Shown piece by piece: positions 1 through 10,973 of a DNA stretch of 64,000 bases. Position numbers and translations under genes: made by a program. The DNA is from a virus. Position 1 is the stretch's first letter, and every line of letters begins with the position of its first letter. The stretch covers positions 68,936 through 132,935 of IMG/VR virus record IMGVR_UViG_3300025467_000009; one strand, written 5' to 3'. The notes under the pieces were generated by a model. That model saw nothing but the letters and a program-made list of their open reading frames with translations, did no database searches and was not told the origin of the DNA.

Positions 1-24
1 CTTTCTAATGTTGTAGGAATCCCA

Positions 25-2517
25 TTGCCTAACATTCATGTTGCATCTATACCTTCAGGTTGGATAGCAAATGCTGCTCAAACATACAATTTTTTAATTA
101 ATACAAACACCCCTTATGTATCTCAAGACGGTGCTCAAACATTGATGCAAGCACTTGATGGTGCCGGAATTATTAGTGGTAATAACTTAATTGGTACCGG
201 TATTAATAAAACAAATATTACTTATAGTGGTTTAGATCCTACCCAAATTCAAGCAGTTACAATTCCTAACGGTGTATCAACAAATGCTGTTATGGCACCG
301 GGTACACTACTTAATGGTGCTCAAGGTGGTGCATTAGGATACACAATCCCTAACGGACCAACTGGTATTATTGCTCAAACTGTATCAGTTAAAGATGTTT
401 GGGATTATTATTCAAATGGTAGTAATAAGCCTCAACCTGTTTCTGCTGATAGGCAAGATCCAGATTATTGGTGTGTAATTTCTTGGCCTTATTTTACTAG
501 TAATATTGGTAATGCAGCTGAAGCGGCAAATTGGCTTGGTGGTCAAGGTTCTGGTTGGGATAATGGTAGACCTATACTTGTTACTAGTATTGCAAATGCT
601 AAACAAGTTGTAGTTAAAGCAAGTATTGCAGGTAACACAGCAAACAATATTGTTCTTAGTAGAGCCGCATGGGAATACCTAGCAGGGACACCGGTTACCC
701 AAAATGTTGGGAAGCATAAAACTTCTACTGGTACTTCTACTACTGGTGATTTTTATTTGTCAAATAATATCAGGGTAACCCTAGCATGGGCAGACCCTAC
801 AAAAGTTCATGAAGGTCCTCAGGATACTACAACCCTTGTTAGTCAACTTCAAAGTTACGGTTATTCATTAGGCGATACACTTGCTCAAGGTGGTACTACA
901 ACTAGTCAAACAGTTAACCAAGGTGGGCAACTTTCAACAACAACTACAAGTTCTACAGGTGATACTAATACTGTAGTTACAAAGAACACACCAAGTAGTG
1001 CAAACAACTCAGGTGGTCCTCCTCCTTGGAACAAAGCTCCAATATCCCCTTGGAGATATGACAATAGTACTTCTTGGGCTCACTTATGTTTACTATATGG
1101 TGGCTTCCCAAACACTGATAATAATGCCGCTCTCATTAATCTTTGGATTACACTAGAAAATGCTGATAACTGGGCTTGTTATTACAATCCTCTTGGTGAT
1201 ACAGATACTAGTTTAGGCTCTGCTGTAGGTAGAGGTGGTACACCAGGTGCTGCTTTTCAATCACTTGATGCTGCAGCTCAATGGTGGGGTTATAAAATGA
1301 ATACCTCAATTTATTGGGCAATTGGTGCAGTATTTGATAGTAGGCCTAGATATTCTAATGGTACATACACTCCTACCAAAAAATATGATAGTAACAAAAA
1401 ATTAATACCAGACATACCATTGCCTAGTGCTAATACACCTGGTGCACCAAAAGATTTAGGTAGTGCAATTAACATTTTTAAAACTGCAGTTCAAGCATGC
1501 CCTTGGGATGGTGGTCACTATCAACACAAAGCAGCAGGAACTTGGGGTGTAGGAAGCACTAATCCTAGGGCATACACAAATCCTGGTATTTGGGTTCCAA
1601 CACCTTATGGTACATGGAAAGGTGGCCCTGCATCTACAGGAACTGTAAACAACCCAACAAATGGTAATCTTCCTACAACAGCTACCAATACTGGAACAAA
1701 CTTTAATATAACTTTTCAACCACCACAGATTGACCAAAATACATTAGCACTTATTGGTACACCAAGAGCATTTGTTACAGACCAACCTGTACTTCAAAGT
1801 GTTGCAACAATGGTGCAAAGTAGTTTGAGGCAATTTCAAAGTGCTCCTAATGGTGACTTCTTAGCATGGTTCCCAGATTATTTTGGTCTTTACGGTCAAG
1901 CACCCTCACTAAGTGTCCATGATATAGAAATTATTGATTTTACTATTTACCATGATGACACTAAATTAGTAACTCACATTGCAGTTAGTGGTGACCAAGT
2001 AAACTTAGGAACAAGTGTTGGTTTAGTTGATTGGATGCAAAGTAACGGTATTATTTCTGTTCAAATACCAGAAATTATGGCAATATTATTTGGTTTTGCA
2101 ACTGCAGATAGTCCCAATGCAACAACTACCGCACTAGATGCTCTTTACAAACAATTAGGAAGAAATTTTGCAAATAATTTTCTTGCTAGATACGGTATGA
2201 GGCCTCTTGTTCAAGAACAACCAATGATTCGTAGTCATGTCACAGAATTTATGTATGCCTGGCAATTGTTTATGCAAAGTTGGGCAAATCAATATTCTTC
2301 AACAATTAGACTTTCATTTATGCCTGAACTTTATCCTGGTATGAGGATTAGGCTTGAAGACCATGGTATTGAAGTCTACGTTCAAAGTGTTCAACATCAA
2401 GGTGATAGAGCAAGTGGTTTTTATACAATTGCAAATGTTACTTGTCCAGTTTATAGGAAAACATTAACAAGTAAACCTTCATTACTTCATTATGGTTTCC
2501 CACCACAAGTAGGTTAA
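25..2517 (+). CDS. Baseplate hub / tail-associated protein with possible cell-wall-lytic domains (probably begins upstream of window)
   Basis: Frame open back to the window start; directly upstream of tail-collar and baseplate genes. C-terminus (PELYPGMRIRL...VYVQSVQH) resembles hub proteins; internal segments resemble RlpA/DPBB-like (IVLSRAAWEYL) and lysozyme-like (YNPLG...FQSLDAAAQ) domains. Confidence 0.55.
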   Translation: MPNIHVASIPSGWIANAAQTYNFLINTNTPYVSQDGAQTLMQALDGAGIISGNNLIGTGINKTNITYSGLDPTQIQAVTIPNGVSTNAVMAPGTLLNGAQGGALGYTIPNGPTGIIAQTVSVKDVWDYYSNGSNKPQPVSADRQDPDYWCVISWPYFTSNIGNAAEAANWLGGQGSGWDNGRPILVTSIANAKQVVVKASIAGNTANNIVLSRAAWEYLAGTPVTQNVGKHKTSTGTSTTGDFYLSNNIRVTLAWADPTKVHEGPQDTTTLVSQLQSYGYSLGDTLAQGGTTTSQTVNQGGQLSTTTTSSTGDTNTVVTKNTPSSANNSGGPPPWNKAPISPWRYDNSTSWAHLCLLYGGFPNTDNNAALINLWITLENADNWACYYNPLGDTDTSLGSAVGRGGTPGAAFQSLDAAAQWWGYKMNTSIYWAIGAVFDSRPRYSNGTYTPTKKYDSNKKLIPDIPLPSANTPGAPKDLGSAINIFKTAVQACPWDGGHYQHKAAGTWGVGSTNPRAYTNPGIWVPTPYGTWKGGPASTGTVNNPTNGNLPTTATNTGTNFNITFQPPQIDQNTLALIGTPRAFVTDQPVLQSVATMVQSSLRQFQSAPNGDFLAWFPDYFGLYGQAPSLSVHDIEIIDFTIYHDDTKLVTHIAVSGDQVNLGTSVGLVDWMQSNGIISVQIPEIMAILFGFATADSPNATTTALDALYKQLGRNFANNFLARYGMRPLVQEQPMIRSHVTEFMYAWQLFMQSWANQYSSTIRLSFMPELYPGMRIRLEDHGIEVYVQSVQHQGDRASGFYTIANVTCPVYRKTLTSKPSLLHYGFPPQVG

Positions 2518-2519
2518 TT

Positions 2520-3947
2520 ATGGTACTTAATGCTAATTCTACAGTTGTTACAACAAATAGACGAGTAACTATATTAAATGACCCTTATATAAACCCACTT
2601 AATAGTCTTCTTTGGACTACAGGGCAAGACAATAGAGGTTTTCAATATCAAATTGCATTGGATGTTTTGCCTGCCGGTGTAACTTCAGACATGATTAAAC
2701 AAGGTCAAACTTGGTTTATTGAAAATACAACTACTGCATATAGATTAAGTCGTTATGTAGGCCAAATTAGTGTTAGTACAATTAACGGTGTTACTATTAG
2801 TGGTGTACCAACTTCTACTGGACAAATTCTCACTTCAACTAGTATAAGCGGTGCTATCTGGTCATCTTCAGTTTCAGTTAGTGGATTACCTGGTCCAACA
2901 ATTAGTGGTTACATACTTGCTTTAAGTGGTACAACACCTACCTGGACTGCTCAATATCCTGTTGGTATTAGTGGTCAAGTATTAACTTTAAGTGGTACAG
3001 TCCCAACGCCTGTTTGGCAAACACCAAGTGCAGGTGCAGGTATTCCTGCCGGAACAGTTATTGATTTTGCAGGTCCTTCAGCAAATGTACCTACAGGTTA
3101 TTTAATTTGTGATGGTGCAAGTTATAGTACAACAATTTACGCTACTCTATTTTCCGCAATTGCCTATACTTGGGGTGGTTCTGGTGCAAGTTTTAATGTT
3201 CCAGACTTAAGAGGTAAAGTTACAATTGGAGTTAGTGGAACAGCATATCCTCTTGCTGCACTTGGCGGAGAGTTTATGCACACACTCCAAAGTGGAGAAA
3301 CTCCTCTCAATGTCCACACTCATACCTTTACAGTCCCAAGTTCTACAGGAACAACTAGTACAGGTACAAGTTCTAGTGTAAGTCTTAGTATCCCAGGTAG
3401 TACTTATAGTACAGGAACTGGTACCACAGGTTCAACTACTACTGTAGCGGCTGCTGGTACTATTGGTTCAGGAAGTACAGGAAGTGGTACTGCTAATATT
3501 AGTGCTAGTACAAGTGTAAGTATATCAGATCCTGGTCACACACATAGTGCTGGATCTTATGCTTTTATGGTATACAATACTGGTGGTGGTGGAAACCTTT
3601 ATGGTAGCGGAACCCCTAGTAATCACTTTGGTACTGCTAACCCAACTCAATCTGCAACAACAGGTATTACTTCTAGTGCTACTACTTCTGCTAGTGACTC
3701 TGGTCACACCCACAGTCTATCTGGTGCAAGTTTTACTGTACCTTCACTCACTGTCAATAGTGCTTCTATACCTGCACTTTCTATTCCTGCAATGACTGTT
3801 GGTGGTAGTGTAGCTATTCCTGGTCTTAATTTTACAGTTCCTGCTCAAACCGGACTTAACACCAGTAACAACACCGCAATTACTAGTGTTTCAGGTCACA
3901 ATAATATGCAGCCATATGCTGTAGTTTACAAGATTATCAAGACTTAA
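2520..3947 (+). CDS. Tail fibre protein with phage tail collar domain
   Basis: Collar motif PAGTVIDFAG..PTGYLICDG...LFSAI...FNVPDLRG; HxH motifs (VHTH, GHTH x2); C-terminal HNNMQPY..VYKIIK. Confidence 0.85.
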   Translation: MVLNANSTVVTTNRRVTILNDPYINPLNSLLWTTGQDNRGFQYQIALDVLPAGVTSDMIKQGQTWFIENTTTAYRLSRYVGQISVSTINGVTISGVPTSTGQILTSTSISGAIWSSSVSVSGLPGPTISGYILALSGTTPTWTAQYPVGISGQVLTLSGTVPTPVWQTPSAGAGIPAGTVIDFAGPSANVPTGYLICDGASYSTTIYATLFSAIAYTWGGSGASFNVPDLRGKVTIGVSGTAYPLAALGGEFMHTLQSGETPLNVHTHTFTVPSSTGTTSTGTSSSVSLSIPGSTYSTGTGTTGSTTTVAAAGTIGSGSTGSGTANISASTSVSISDPGHTHSAGSYAFMVYNTGGGGNLYGSGTPSNHFGTANPTQSATTGITSSATTSASDSGHTHSLSGASFTVPSLTVNSASIPALSIPAMTVGGSVAIPGLNFTVPAQTGLNTSNNTAITSVSGHNNMQPYAVVYKIIKT

Positions 3948-3978
3948 TGTACTCAACATCTAAACTTAAGGAAGTAAT

Positions 3979-4434
3979 ATGAAAAGCATGCAAGTTTCCA
4001 ATGGGGATCTTGTACTAGATAGTGGTGGAAGACTTCAATTTGTTGTAGGCTCTAACAAATTAGTCCAAGACTTAGCACTCTGGTTAGAAGAACAATACGG
4101 TATTGGCTATACTACACCAAACTTTGGTAGTACACTTTATTCAATGATTGGTGGGCCAATCACTTCTAGTACCTTATCTCAAGTTCAAGCAGAAATTCAA
4201 AGAATAATTTCACTTTATTCTGCCCAGCAACTTCAAAATCTTCAAAACCTTCAACAAAGTTCTCAATTAAGTTACTATAACAAGTCTGAAATTATTCAAA
4301 GTGTTGGAGACATAACTGTTCTACAAGGAACTGGTTTTATAAATGCTACTGTTGCTATTTCTACTTTAAATGGCCAACAATTTGCACTAAATCTATTAAT
4401 CACACCAAACGGAATACAGGTTAACAATGGCTGA
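3979..4434 (+). CDS. Baseplate wedge protein (gp25/W-like)
   Basis: Size, NGDLVLD...KLVQDL..WL....G...PNFGSTL pattern, position immediately before baseplate J. Confidence 0.75.
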   Translation: MKSMQVSNGDLVLDSGGRLQFVVGSNKLVQDLALWLEEQYGIGYTTPNFGSTLYSMIGGPITSSTLSQVQAEIQRIISLYSAQQLQNLQNLQQSSQLSYYNKSEIIQSVGDITVLQGTGFINATVAISTLNGQQFALNLLITPNGIQVNNG

Positions 4435-6979
4435 TACAAATACTATATTAACTAGACTATTAACCTCACTTTCAGTTTCTGACCCAACTTGGGACACAAC
4501 TGTAGGTAGTGCTACTTATAAGATTATGGAGTCAGTAGCACAAGAAATAGCAAATGCTACCAATAACTCAACTCTGCTTACTTATGGTTTGGATGTTACA
4601 AGTTATTTTGGTTCAGAACTTGACGCCTTTGTAAACATTTTTGGTATTACTAGACAACTTGGTACTCGTTCCATTGGTACTGCTGTTTTTAGCACAACAA
4701 GTCCTGCAGTACAAAACTATGATGTCCCGCTAGGCACCCAAGTTTCAGCAAACCTTAATCAATACTTTACCAATGTTGCTTTTACAACAACTAGCCCTGC
4801 AACTGTAGCAAGTGGTCAAACAAGTGTTAATGTTCCAATTATTTCAACACTTCCTGGTTCTTTCAATAACCTAGACCCAAATACCATAACTAAAATTACA
4901 AGTCCTTTGGTAGGTGTAACCACAGTAACTAATACTTACCCACTTTCAGGTGGTAGTGATACTGAAACTGATAGTCAACTTCAACAAAGATTCTTAAACA
5001 CTGCTTTCTCTAACTTTGCAGGGACAATTTCTAAGTTTCAATCTATTGCTCAACAAAATCCTTCTGTCACTCAAACTAATATAGTTAATGCTCAACAAAA
5101 TTATTCTGAAAATCTTCAAATTGGTACAGTAATTAGTGGTTCAGCAGCTTTTAATATTGGGTTGCAAACCCAAGCACAACTTATAGCAATATCTGGAAGT
5201 TTGGTTGCTTCAGGTTACTTGGGAACACTAGAACCAAATGTTTCTATACCAATTTCAAGTACCACTCCTGCTAGTATTTATACAGGAACTGTTACTTATG
5301 ACGGAACGAACTATAACCTTTCAGGAACAGCACCTACTGCAAGTGGTTACTTAAACATTGCTTATGTCTATTCTGGTACTGCACCAACTACTTTAAATGG
5401 TACAAGTACTTTTGCAAACGTTGCAACTGCTATTAGTGGTCTACTAAATAGCATTTCTTTGAATTATCAAAATACAATTGGTATTACAGTAACTGGTACC
5501 AACGCTGTTGTATCAAGTGGTGTTACTGTAACTTTTAACCAAAACATTCCTTGGAATATTATAGTTACTAGTGGTTCAAATACTACCGCTGTTAATACTA
5601 TCTATAGTAAGATTCCAGATTCACAATTTAGTTATCCGGCAGGTTATGAAGTTGTTGGTACTAACTTAAATTCACCTAATCAAACTATATTTACAAGAAA
5701 TGTTGATTACACTTATTACCAAAATATTAGTGGAACTTGTGCTCCTAGAGTAACTTTCATACCAGGACCAAATAACTCTCCTGCAACTTATACCGGGGCG
5801 ACTGTTCAACTTCAATCTACTTACACACCAATTAGTAGTAGAACAATTATTTCAGGTGGTCAAATACTAAACTCTAATTTTGTTGATATTTTTATTAATA
5901 GTACAAATACCCAAACCGCAACAGAACAAGTTGTAATGGTAACTAGTAATACAATTACTACAAGTGGTCTTGGTGGTTCTTACCAAGCAAATAATTTTGT
6001 TCAAGCAAATGGTTCTATGCCTACCGTTGGTGACTATTATATTAATTTTACCCAAGATCCAATTGCCAACTTTCCTAACCAAGTTGTTTCAGGGAATGTT
6101 CCAAGTTATATTACTTTTGGAAGTATAAGTTTCCCAATTGCAATTGACCCTGTAACTACAAATGGCACAACTTTAGTAGCATCTGGCCTCTCAGGTACAA
6201 ATGTTCTTTATACTTCTACTTCAATCTCCGGATTGCAAGTAGGTTTGGTAATTAGTGGTACTTACGGGAACAATACAATTTCTGGAATTGGAACAGGAAA
6301 CTATATTACTTCTTTGATTCCTGGTAACCCTAACCAAATTGTTCTTGCAAATAACCTTACAAGTAACATCGCTTCTAATAATACTAGTTGGGTTTCTGTT
6401 TCATACCCTGTCTATGACAATACAAAAACTGCAGGAAGTATATTAGACATAGGTGGTGTTGCCCTAAAAGCAGTTGACCCTACAGGAAGTTATTTAACCA
6501 ATTATCCTAGTTCTGTTAATTACCAGGTAGGAACTATTTCACACAGTTACTATGCAGATGTTGTAAGTGTTGACAATCTTTCTCAACAAAGTAGAGTTGT
6601 TGGTTCAAACACACTAACTCATATAGCAAAGTTCTTGCCACTAGCAATAAATTTCTCAGTTGTCTATACTCCTAATACAAACCCAATTGTTGCTAACACA
6701 TCTATTCAAAATGCAGTTACAAATTATTTAAATTCTGTAACCTTTGGTTCTTCAGTTAGTATTGCTTCTTTACTAAGTGCAGCCGCAAATTCAACTGGAG
6801 TACAAGCAATTAGAATTTCAACTCAAGCAGACAACCCAATTAATTATGGTATTTCAATTTATAATATAGACAACACTATTTCTAGTGGACCATATTTTAA
6901 AGATATACTATTAGCAAATAATCAACTACCTACTGTTTGGCAAATAAACTATACAGTATTTGGAGTTAATAACTTCTAA
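4427..6979 (+). CDS. Baseplate J-like protein with long S/T/G-rich insertion
   Basis: ELDAFV..FGITR, VPLGTQV, GSFNN, GGSDTETDSQLQQR motifs of Baseplate_J; C-terminal IQNAVTNYLNS..FG. Confidence 0.85.
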   Translation: MADTNTILTRLLTSLSVSDPTWDTTVGSATYKIMESVAQEIANATNNSTLLTYGLDVTSYFGSELDAFVNIFGITRQLGTRSIGTAVFSTTSPAVQNYDVPLGTQVSANLNQYFTNVAFTTTSPATVASGQTSVNVPIISTLPGSFNNLDPNTITKITSPLVGVTTVTNTYPLSGGSDTETDSQLQQRFLNTAFSNFAGTISKFQSIAQQNPSVTQTNIVNAQQNYSENLQIGTVISGSAAFNIGLQTQAQLIAISGSLVASGYLGTLEPNVSIPISSTTPASIYTGTVTYDGTNYNLSGTAPTASGYLNIAYVYSGTAPTTLNGTSTFANVATAISGLLNSISLNYQNTIGITVTGTNAVVSSGVTVTFNQNIPWNIIVTSGSNTTAVNTIYSKIPDSQFSYPAGYEVVGTNLNSPNQTIFTRNVDYTYYQNISGTCAPRVTFIPGPNNSPATYTGATVQLQSTYTPISSRTIISGGQILNSNFVDIFINSTNTQTATEQVVMVTSNTITTSGLGGSYQANNFVQANGSMPTVGDYYINFTQDPIANFPNQVVSGNVPSYITFGSISFPIAIDPVTTNGTTLVASGLSGTNVLYTSTSISGLQVGLVISGTYGNNTISGIGTGNYITSLIPGNPNQIVLANNLTSNIASNNTSWVSVSYPVYDNTKTAGSILDIGGVALKAVDPTGSYLTNYPSSVNYQVGTISHSYYADVVSVDNLSQQSRVVGSNTLTHIAKFLPLAINFSVVYTPNTNPIVANTSIQNAVTNYLNSVTFGSSVSIASLLSAAANSTGVQAIRISTQADNPINYGISIYNIDNTISSGPYFKDILLANNQLPTVWQINYTVFGVNNF

Positions 6980-7968
6980 TGGCTACAGGTAATTCACTAC
7001 CCTTAAATATAAGTCAAACACTTTCTTGGAAAACTAGAAATTTCCCAGACAATGTTTATGACTTTAACCCAGGAGACTTATTAACAATATTAATGAGTTC
7101 CCTATTAGGAAATGCAGGTACAGGTCAACTTTCAGCATCTCAAATAGCTGCAAGATTAACTCAACAATATGTTCAATTTTCAGATCTAGAAAATACAATT
7201 GGTGAATTACTTAATGCTCCTAGACTTACTACTGAATTTTACAATACTCCTGTAAACCCATTTACTGACCAACTTACACCAAAACAATGGAATGATGTCT
7301 TTATTAAAGACTCAAACTATCGTGAAAGATTGATTGCTTTAATGACTGCCTTATTAAAAGGTGGGACTGTTCAAGGTATTCAGGCAACCGCTGAAGCAAC
7401 AGCACAAGTTCAGGCACTTGTAATTGAAAACTGGACTACAGCAAGCGGTGTAGTTAGTGCAAATGGTTGGAGTAATGGTTTTGGTTCTCAAGAAACAATA
7501 CTTGTTTATAATGCTCCTAGTGGGTTGACTGTAAGTAACGTTCAAAGAACAGCAATACTTAATTCATTAAAAAAAGTATCACCAATTGGTACAGTTATAA
7601 CTCAAGTATCTGGAAATATAAATAATTTTTCTCCTGTACCCTACACACCAATTTCTGATAATTCAGAACTATTTACATTTACTAGAGTAGTTACTGCTAA
7701 TAATATTAATACCCCTTCTTATGCAATTAATAATCAAAGTCCTTCTGTTTATACAAGATATTGGTTAGAAAATGGTAAACCTATAACCGCACCTAATTTT
7801 GCTTTTACAACTTCTCAAGAAGTTTCAATTGATGTTACTACAAATGTATCAACTGTTACCATAACACCAGTTACAGCAAGTGGTCAAACTTTGAATTCGT
7901 ATACTACACAATACCCCCTTGGTGCACCAACCTTGCCCGTTACAAGCACAGTTTTTGGAGCTCAATAA
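6979..7968 (+). CDS. Baseplate wedge/tail protein (P2 gpI-like)
   Basis: Follows J; DSNYRERL...KGGTVQGI..TAEA pattern. Confidence 0.6.
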   Translation: MATGNSLPLNISQTLSWKTRNFPDNVYDFNPGDLLTILMSSLLGNAGTGQLSASQIAARLTQQYVQFSDLENTIGELLNAPRLTTEFYNTPVNPFTDQLTPKQWNDVFIKDSNYRERLIALMTALLKGGTVQGIQATAEATAQVQALVIENWTTASGVVSANGWSNGFGSQETILVYNAPSGLTVSNVQRTAILNSLKKVSPIGTVITQVSGNINNFSPVPYTPISDNSELFTFTRVVTANNINTPSYAINNQSPSVYTRYWLENGKPITAPNFAFTTSQEVSIDVTTNVSTVTITPVTASGQTLNSYTTQYPLGAPTLPVTSTVFGAQ

Positions 7969-10940
7969 TGACACTACACCCTAAAAAATTAAATCCTTTA
8001 AAAACTTACTTAAATGGTAGTAATCCACCAATGACAGTGGACGGATTGATAGTTGACGGTGTTTATGCAGTCACCGGAGTTATTGACACAATTACTCAAA
8101 CTACAGATACTTATCAAGACCCACTAACTAACCAAACTAGTAATATTGGTGCATATTCATTCCCCCAGACTCCAAATGTTAATGAATGGTATTCAGGAAT
8201 AGTTGATGACCAAGTAAATACTACTTACAATTTAGCTTTTCAATTTAACAGAGACACTTACTGTAATACAGTTAGTTTTAGTTTACTTCAAGTTCCTGTT
8301 AATTGGACACTAAATCTTATAACACCAAGCGGAACAACCCAACTATCAACTGGTGCTATAACTGAGTATAACACAGATTACTGGCAATACATAGTTGTGC
8401 CCTTAGGTCAAACTTACCTTCTTACATCTTCAAACTCTTCACTTCAACTTGTACTTACTAAAAGGCCTACAAATACACAATACCAACTTGGTGTAAGTAA
8501 CTTTTTATTTAAACTAAATGTTCAAACTTTACAGGATATAACAGTTAATAACACGGTTGTTTCTGGTATTACAACGCAAAGTATACTTGGTTTTGTAGAA
8601 AATTACAACCCTACTGTTTACAGTATCAATAATATTAATGATAATGACTCTACTACTTATTGGAAGTGTTCCCCACAACCTGTAGGAGATTCAGTTGTAT
8701 ATTTTGTAATTGATATGGGTTCTTTACAGTCTATAAATAAAATGTATATAGACCCATTATACACAGGGACAATTTTTAATCTTTACTATTCTTTTGATAA
8801 TAGTTACTGGTATCCTGTTCAAAGAGACTTTAGGCTTAAAAAAGGTATTTATCAATTGCCTACAATTTCTGCTCGTTATTTAAAGTTTGAATTCACTCAA
8901 CTTACACCAGAACCTTATGACTTAAAGTTAGATTCTATCCAAAAAGTTATTAGTGTTTTCCCTGACTGGGTTGACAATTTTTATACAAACTCAGAAAGAG
9001 CAATCCCAGATATTGCTAATCAAAATTATGTATTTAGTTCAGCAGTCACACCAACTACTAATTATAATACAAATATTTCTTCAAACTCCTTCTATGGTGC
9101 AAGTGCAAGTACTTTAAATAGTTTAAATGCAATTGGGAATAACTCTTCTTCAAATTTTGTTAACTCTAATACAACTATTACTGACCCCACAGTAAGTTAT
9201 AAGACTGTCGAAAGTGTTGCCGGCCTTGGCTCAACATATAACCCAGTTACTGATGTTGCATTTATTAGTCGTAGATTCCCTTATGTAACACAACATATTT
9301 ACAAACAAGTTCCAGTAAATCAAACTTGGCATGAAGCTTATTTTACAGGTATTAAGTCATTGAGTCTTTATGGTACTGACCAAACAGTTCAAATGGATTA
9401 CCCTGACTTTACAGATTATTTAACAAATAACACAACAACAATTGTAAGTGGTTCAAGTACAGCTACTTTTAGAACTCCTTCAATTATAAATACTACTATA
9501 AGTGGTGTAACCTACTCGGTTGTTAGTGGTATGGGTTACACAGGCCTTGCTGGTACACAACTAATAACAAAAAACTTAAAAACTTTTAGTAATTATCCAA
9601 GCTTTAAGTTTGCTGCTTTAAGTAGTGACTGGGTTCCTTATTTGACAAATGCCCAAACAGTACTACTAGGTTCAAATCTTGCAAACTTAGGTATTACTAC
9701 TAGTGGTATATCAACTGTTTCTAACATACAAGGTAGTACAAACTATGGTGTATGGAGTTTTGTACCTAGTGGTAACCCTGTTCAAACTTATGTTCAATCG
9801 GCAGTTGTTGGTGGAGGCCAAAACCTTTTAACTACAGCAGAAGCATTTGTTATAAGTGGAACAGGATGGTCCGGTCCCTTAAGTGCAAATAGTGTTGTTA
9901 CAAATGCATCTATTTCAGGTGTTACTAGTATTGGTTTGCCGGTATCAACAAATGTTTCTTGGGGTCAACCTGATTATGGTAATACAGATTTTGGTTCTGA
10001 TGCTTATAGTGTTACTCCATCCTTGGGTGCTATTCAACTTAGAGGATATACATTTATAATTACTGCAAGTGGTTCAGGTTCTGTTACTACTAATGTTACG
10101 TATAGTGGTGCTGGTGGGGTAACAACAAGTGGTTACACTACAAACATAAGTGGTGCAAACCAATTCTTGACATTTACAACTACTCAACCACTTAATACAA
10201 GTAGTGTAAGTTTTTCAATAGCAGTTTCTGGAACTGTTGGTTTAAGTCAAGCAGGATACTTCCTTGGTTCAAGTGGATTCACACCATCTTCATGGACACG
10301 GCCTTTGGTAACTAGTGGTATGAGAATTTCTGCAGTTTCAAGAATATACCTTCCTAATACTAGTTTTGGAACTTACAAATGTACACTTTATTCAAATGGT
10401 GTTGAGCTTGCCCACAAGCAATTTTCAAATATACCACCACGCACTTGGGTTGACATTGAAGTTCCCTTTACACTTGTTTCAGGTTACTACAATTCAAACA
10501 ACTTTAGTACAAGACTAACTCAAACAAATGGCCAAGGAGAGTCTTATGACCTTGCAATGTTTGGAATCTTCTATAATCCAGTAACATGGGAGTATTGCTC
10601 AGATGGTACAGGGAATAACTGGAATTGGATTACCACAGGAATTAATGACCCTGATGCCACTATTAATCTAAGGGCTCCTAGCAACCAGATACAACTTAGA
10701 GGAACTATTCTTCAAGATAACGCACAAATTTCTTCTTTAACATTAGTCCCTAATTATACTCAAAGTCCTTACTACAGTACAACTCAAATTAATTATGTAG
10801 GAGATCCAAAGACAAATGAACTAAGTTGGAAGAGAACACCTGCTCAAAGACCACTATTCCAATTAAGGTCAGAACTACACCCTTCTCAATACGATATTGG
10901 TGTTCTGATGAACATAAGTTACCCATATTATCTAGATTAA
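7968..10940 (+). CDS. Large virion structural protein with discoidin/F5-8-like domain
   Basis: DNDSTTYWK...YFVIDMG...LYYSFDN..W...ARYLKFEF pattern; S/T/G-rich beta composition; end of baseplate module. Confidence 0.6.
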   Translation: MTLHPKKLNPLKTYLNGSNPPMTVDGLIVDGVYAVTGVIDTITQTTDTYQDPLTNQTSNIGAYSFPQTPNVNEWYSGIVDDQVNTTYNLAFQFNRDTYCNTVSFSLLQVPVNWTLNLITPSGTTQLSTGAITEYNTDYWQYIVVPLGQTYLLTSSNSSLQLVLTKRPTNTQYQLGVSNFLFKLNVQTLQDITVNNTVVSGITTQSILGFVENYNPTVYSINNINDNDSTTYWKCSPQPVGDSVVYFVIDMGSLQSINKMYIDPLYTGTIFNLYYSFDNSYWYPVQRDFRLKKGIYQLPTISARYLKFEFTQLTPEPYDLKLDSIQKVISVFPDWVDNFYTNSERAIPDIANQNYVFSSAVTPTTNYNTNISSNSFYGASASTLNSLNAIGNNSSSNFVNSNTTITDPTVSYKTVESVAGLGSTYNPVTDVAFISRRFPYVTQHIYKQVPVNQTWHEAYFTGIKSLSLYGTDQTVQMDYPDFTDYLTNNTTTIVSGSSTATFRTPSIINTTISGVTYSVVSGMGYTGLAGTQLITKNLKTFSNYPSFKFAALSSDWVPYLTNAQTVLLGSNLANLGITTSGISTVSNIQGSTNYGVWSFVPSGNPVQTYVQSAVVGGGQNLLTTAEAFVISGTGWSGPLSANSVVTNASISGVTSIGLPVSTNVSWGQPDYGNTDFGSDAYSVTPSLGAIQLRGYTFIITASGSGSVTTNVTYSGAGGVTTSGYTTNISGANQFLTFTTTQPLNTSSVSFSIAVSGTVGLSQAGYFLGSSGFTPSSWTRPLVTSGMRISAVSRIYLPNTSFGTYKCTLYSNGVELAHKQFSNIPPRTWVDIEVPFTLVSGYYNSNNFSTRLTQTNGQGESYDLAMFGIFYNPVTWEYCSDGTGNNWNWITTGINDPDATINLRAPSNQIQLRGTILQDNAQISSLTLVPNYTQSPYYSTTQINYVGDPKTNELSWKRTPAQRPLFQLRSELHPSQYDIGVLMNISYPYYLD

Positions 10941-10943
10941 CTC

Positions 10944-10972
10944 TTGATTTTATAGAGTTTATCTATTAAAAT
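10944..10972 (+). promoter_or_regulatory. SigA/sigma70-type promoter
   Basis: TTGATT-N17-TAAAAT; same consensus recurs 11 times in the window. Confidence 0.65.
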
Positions 10973-10973
10973 T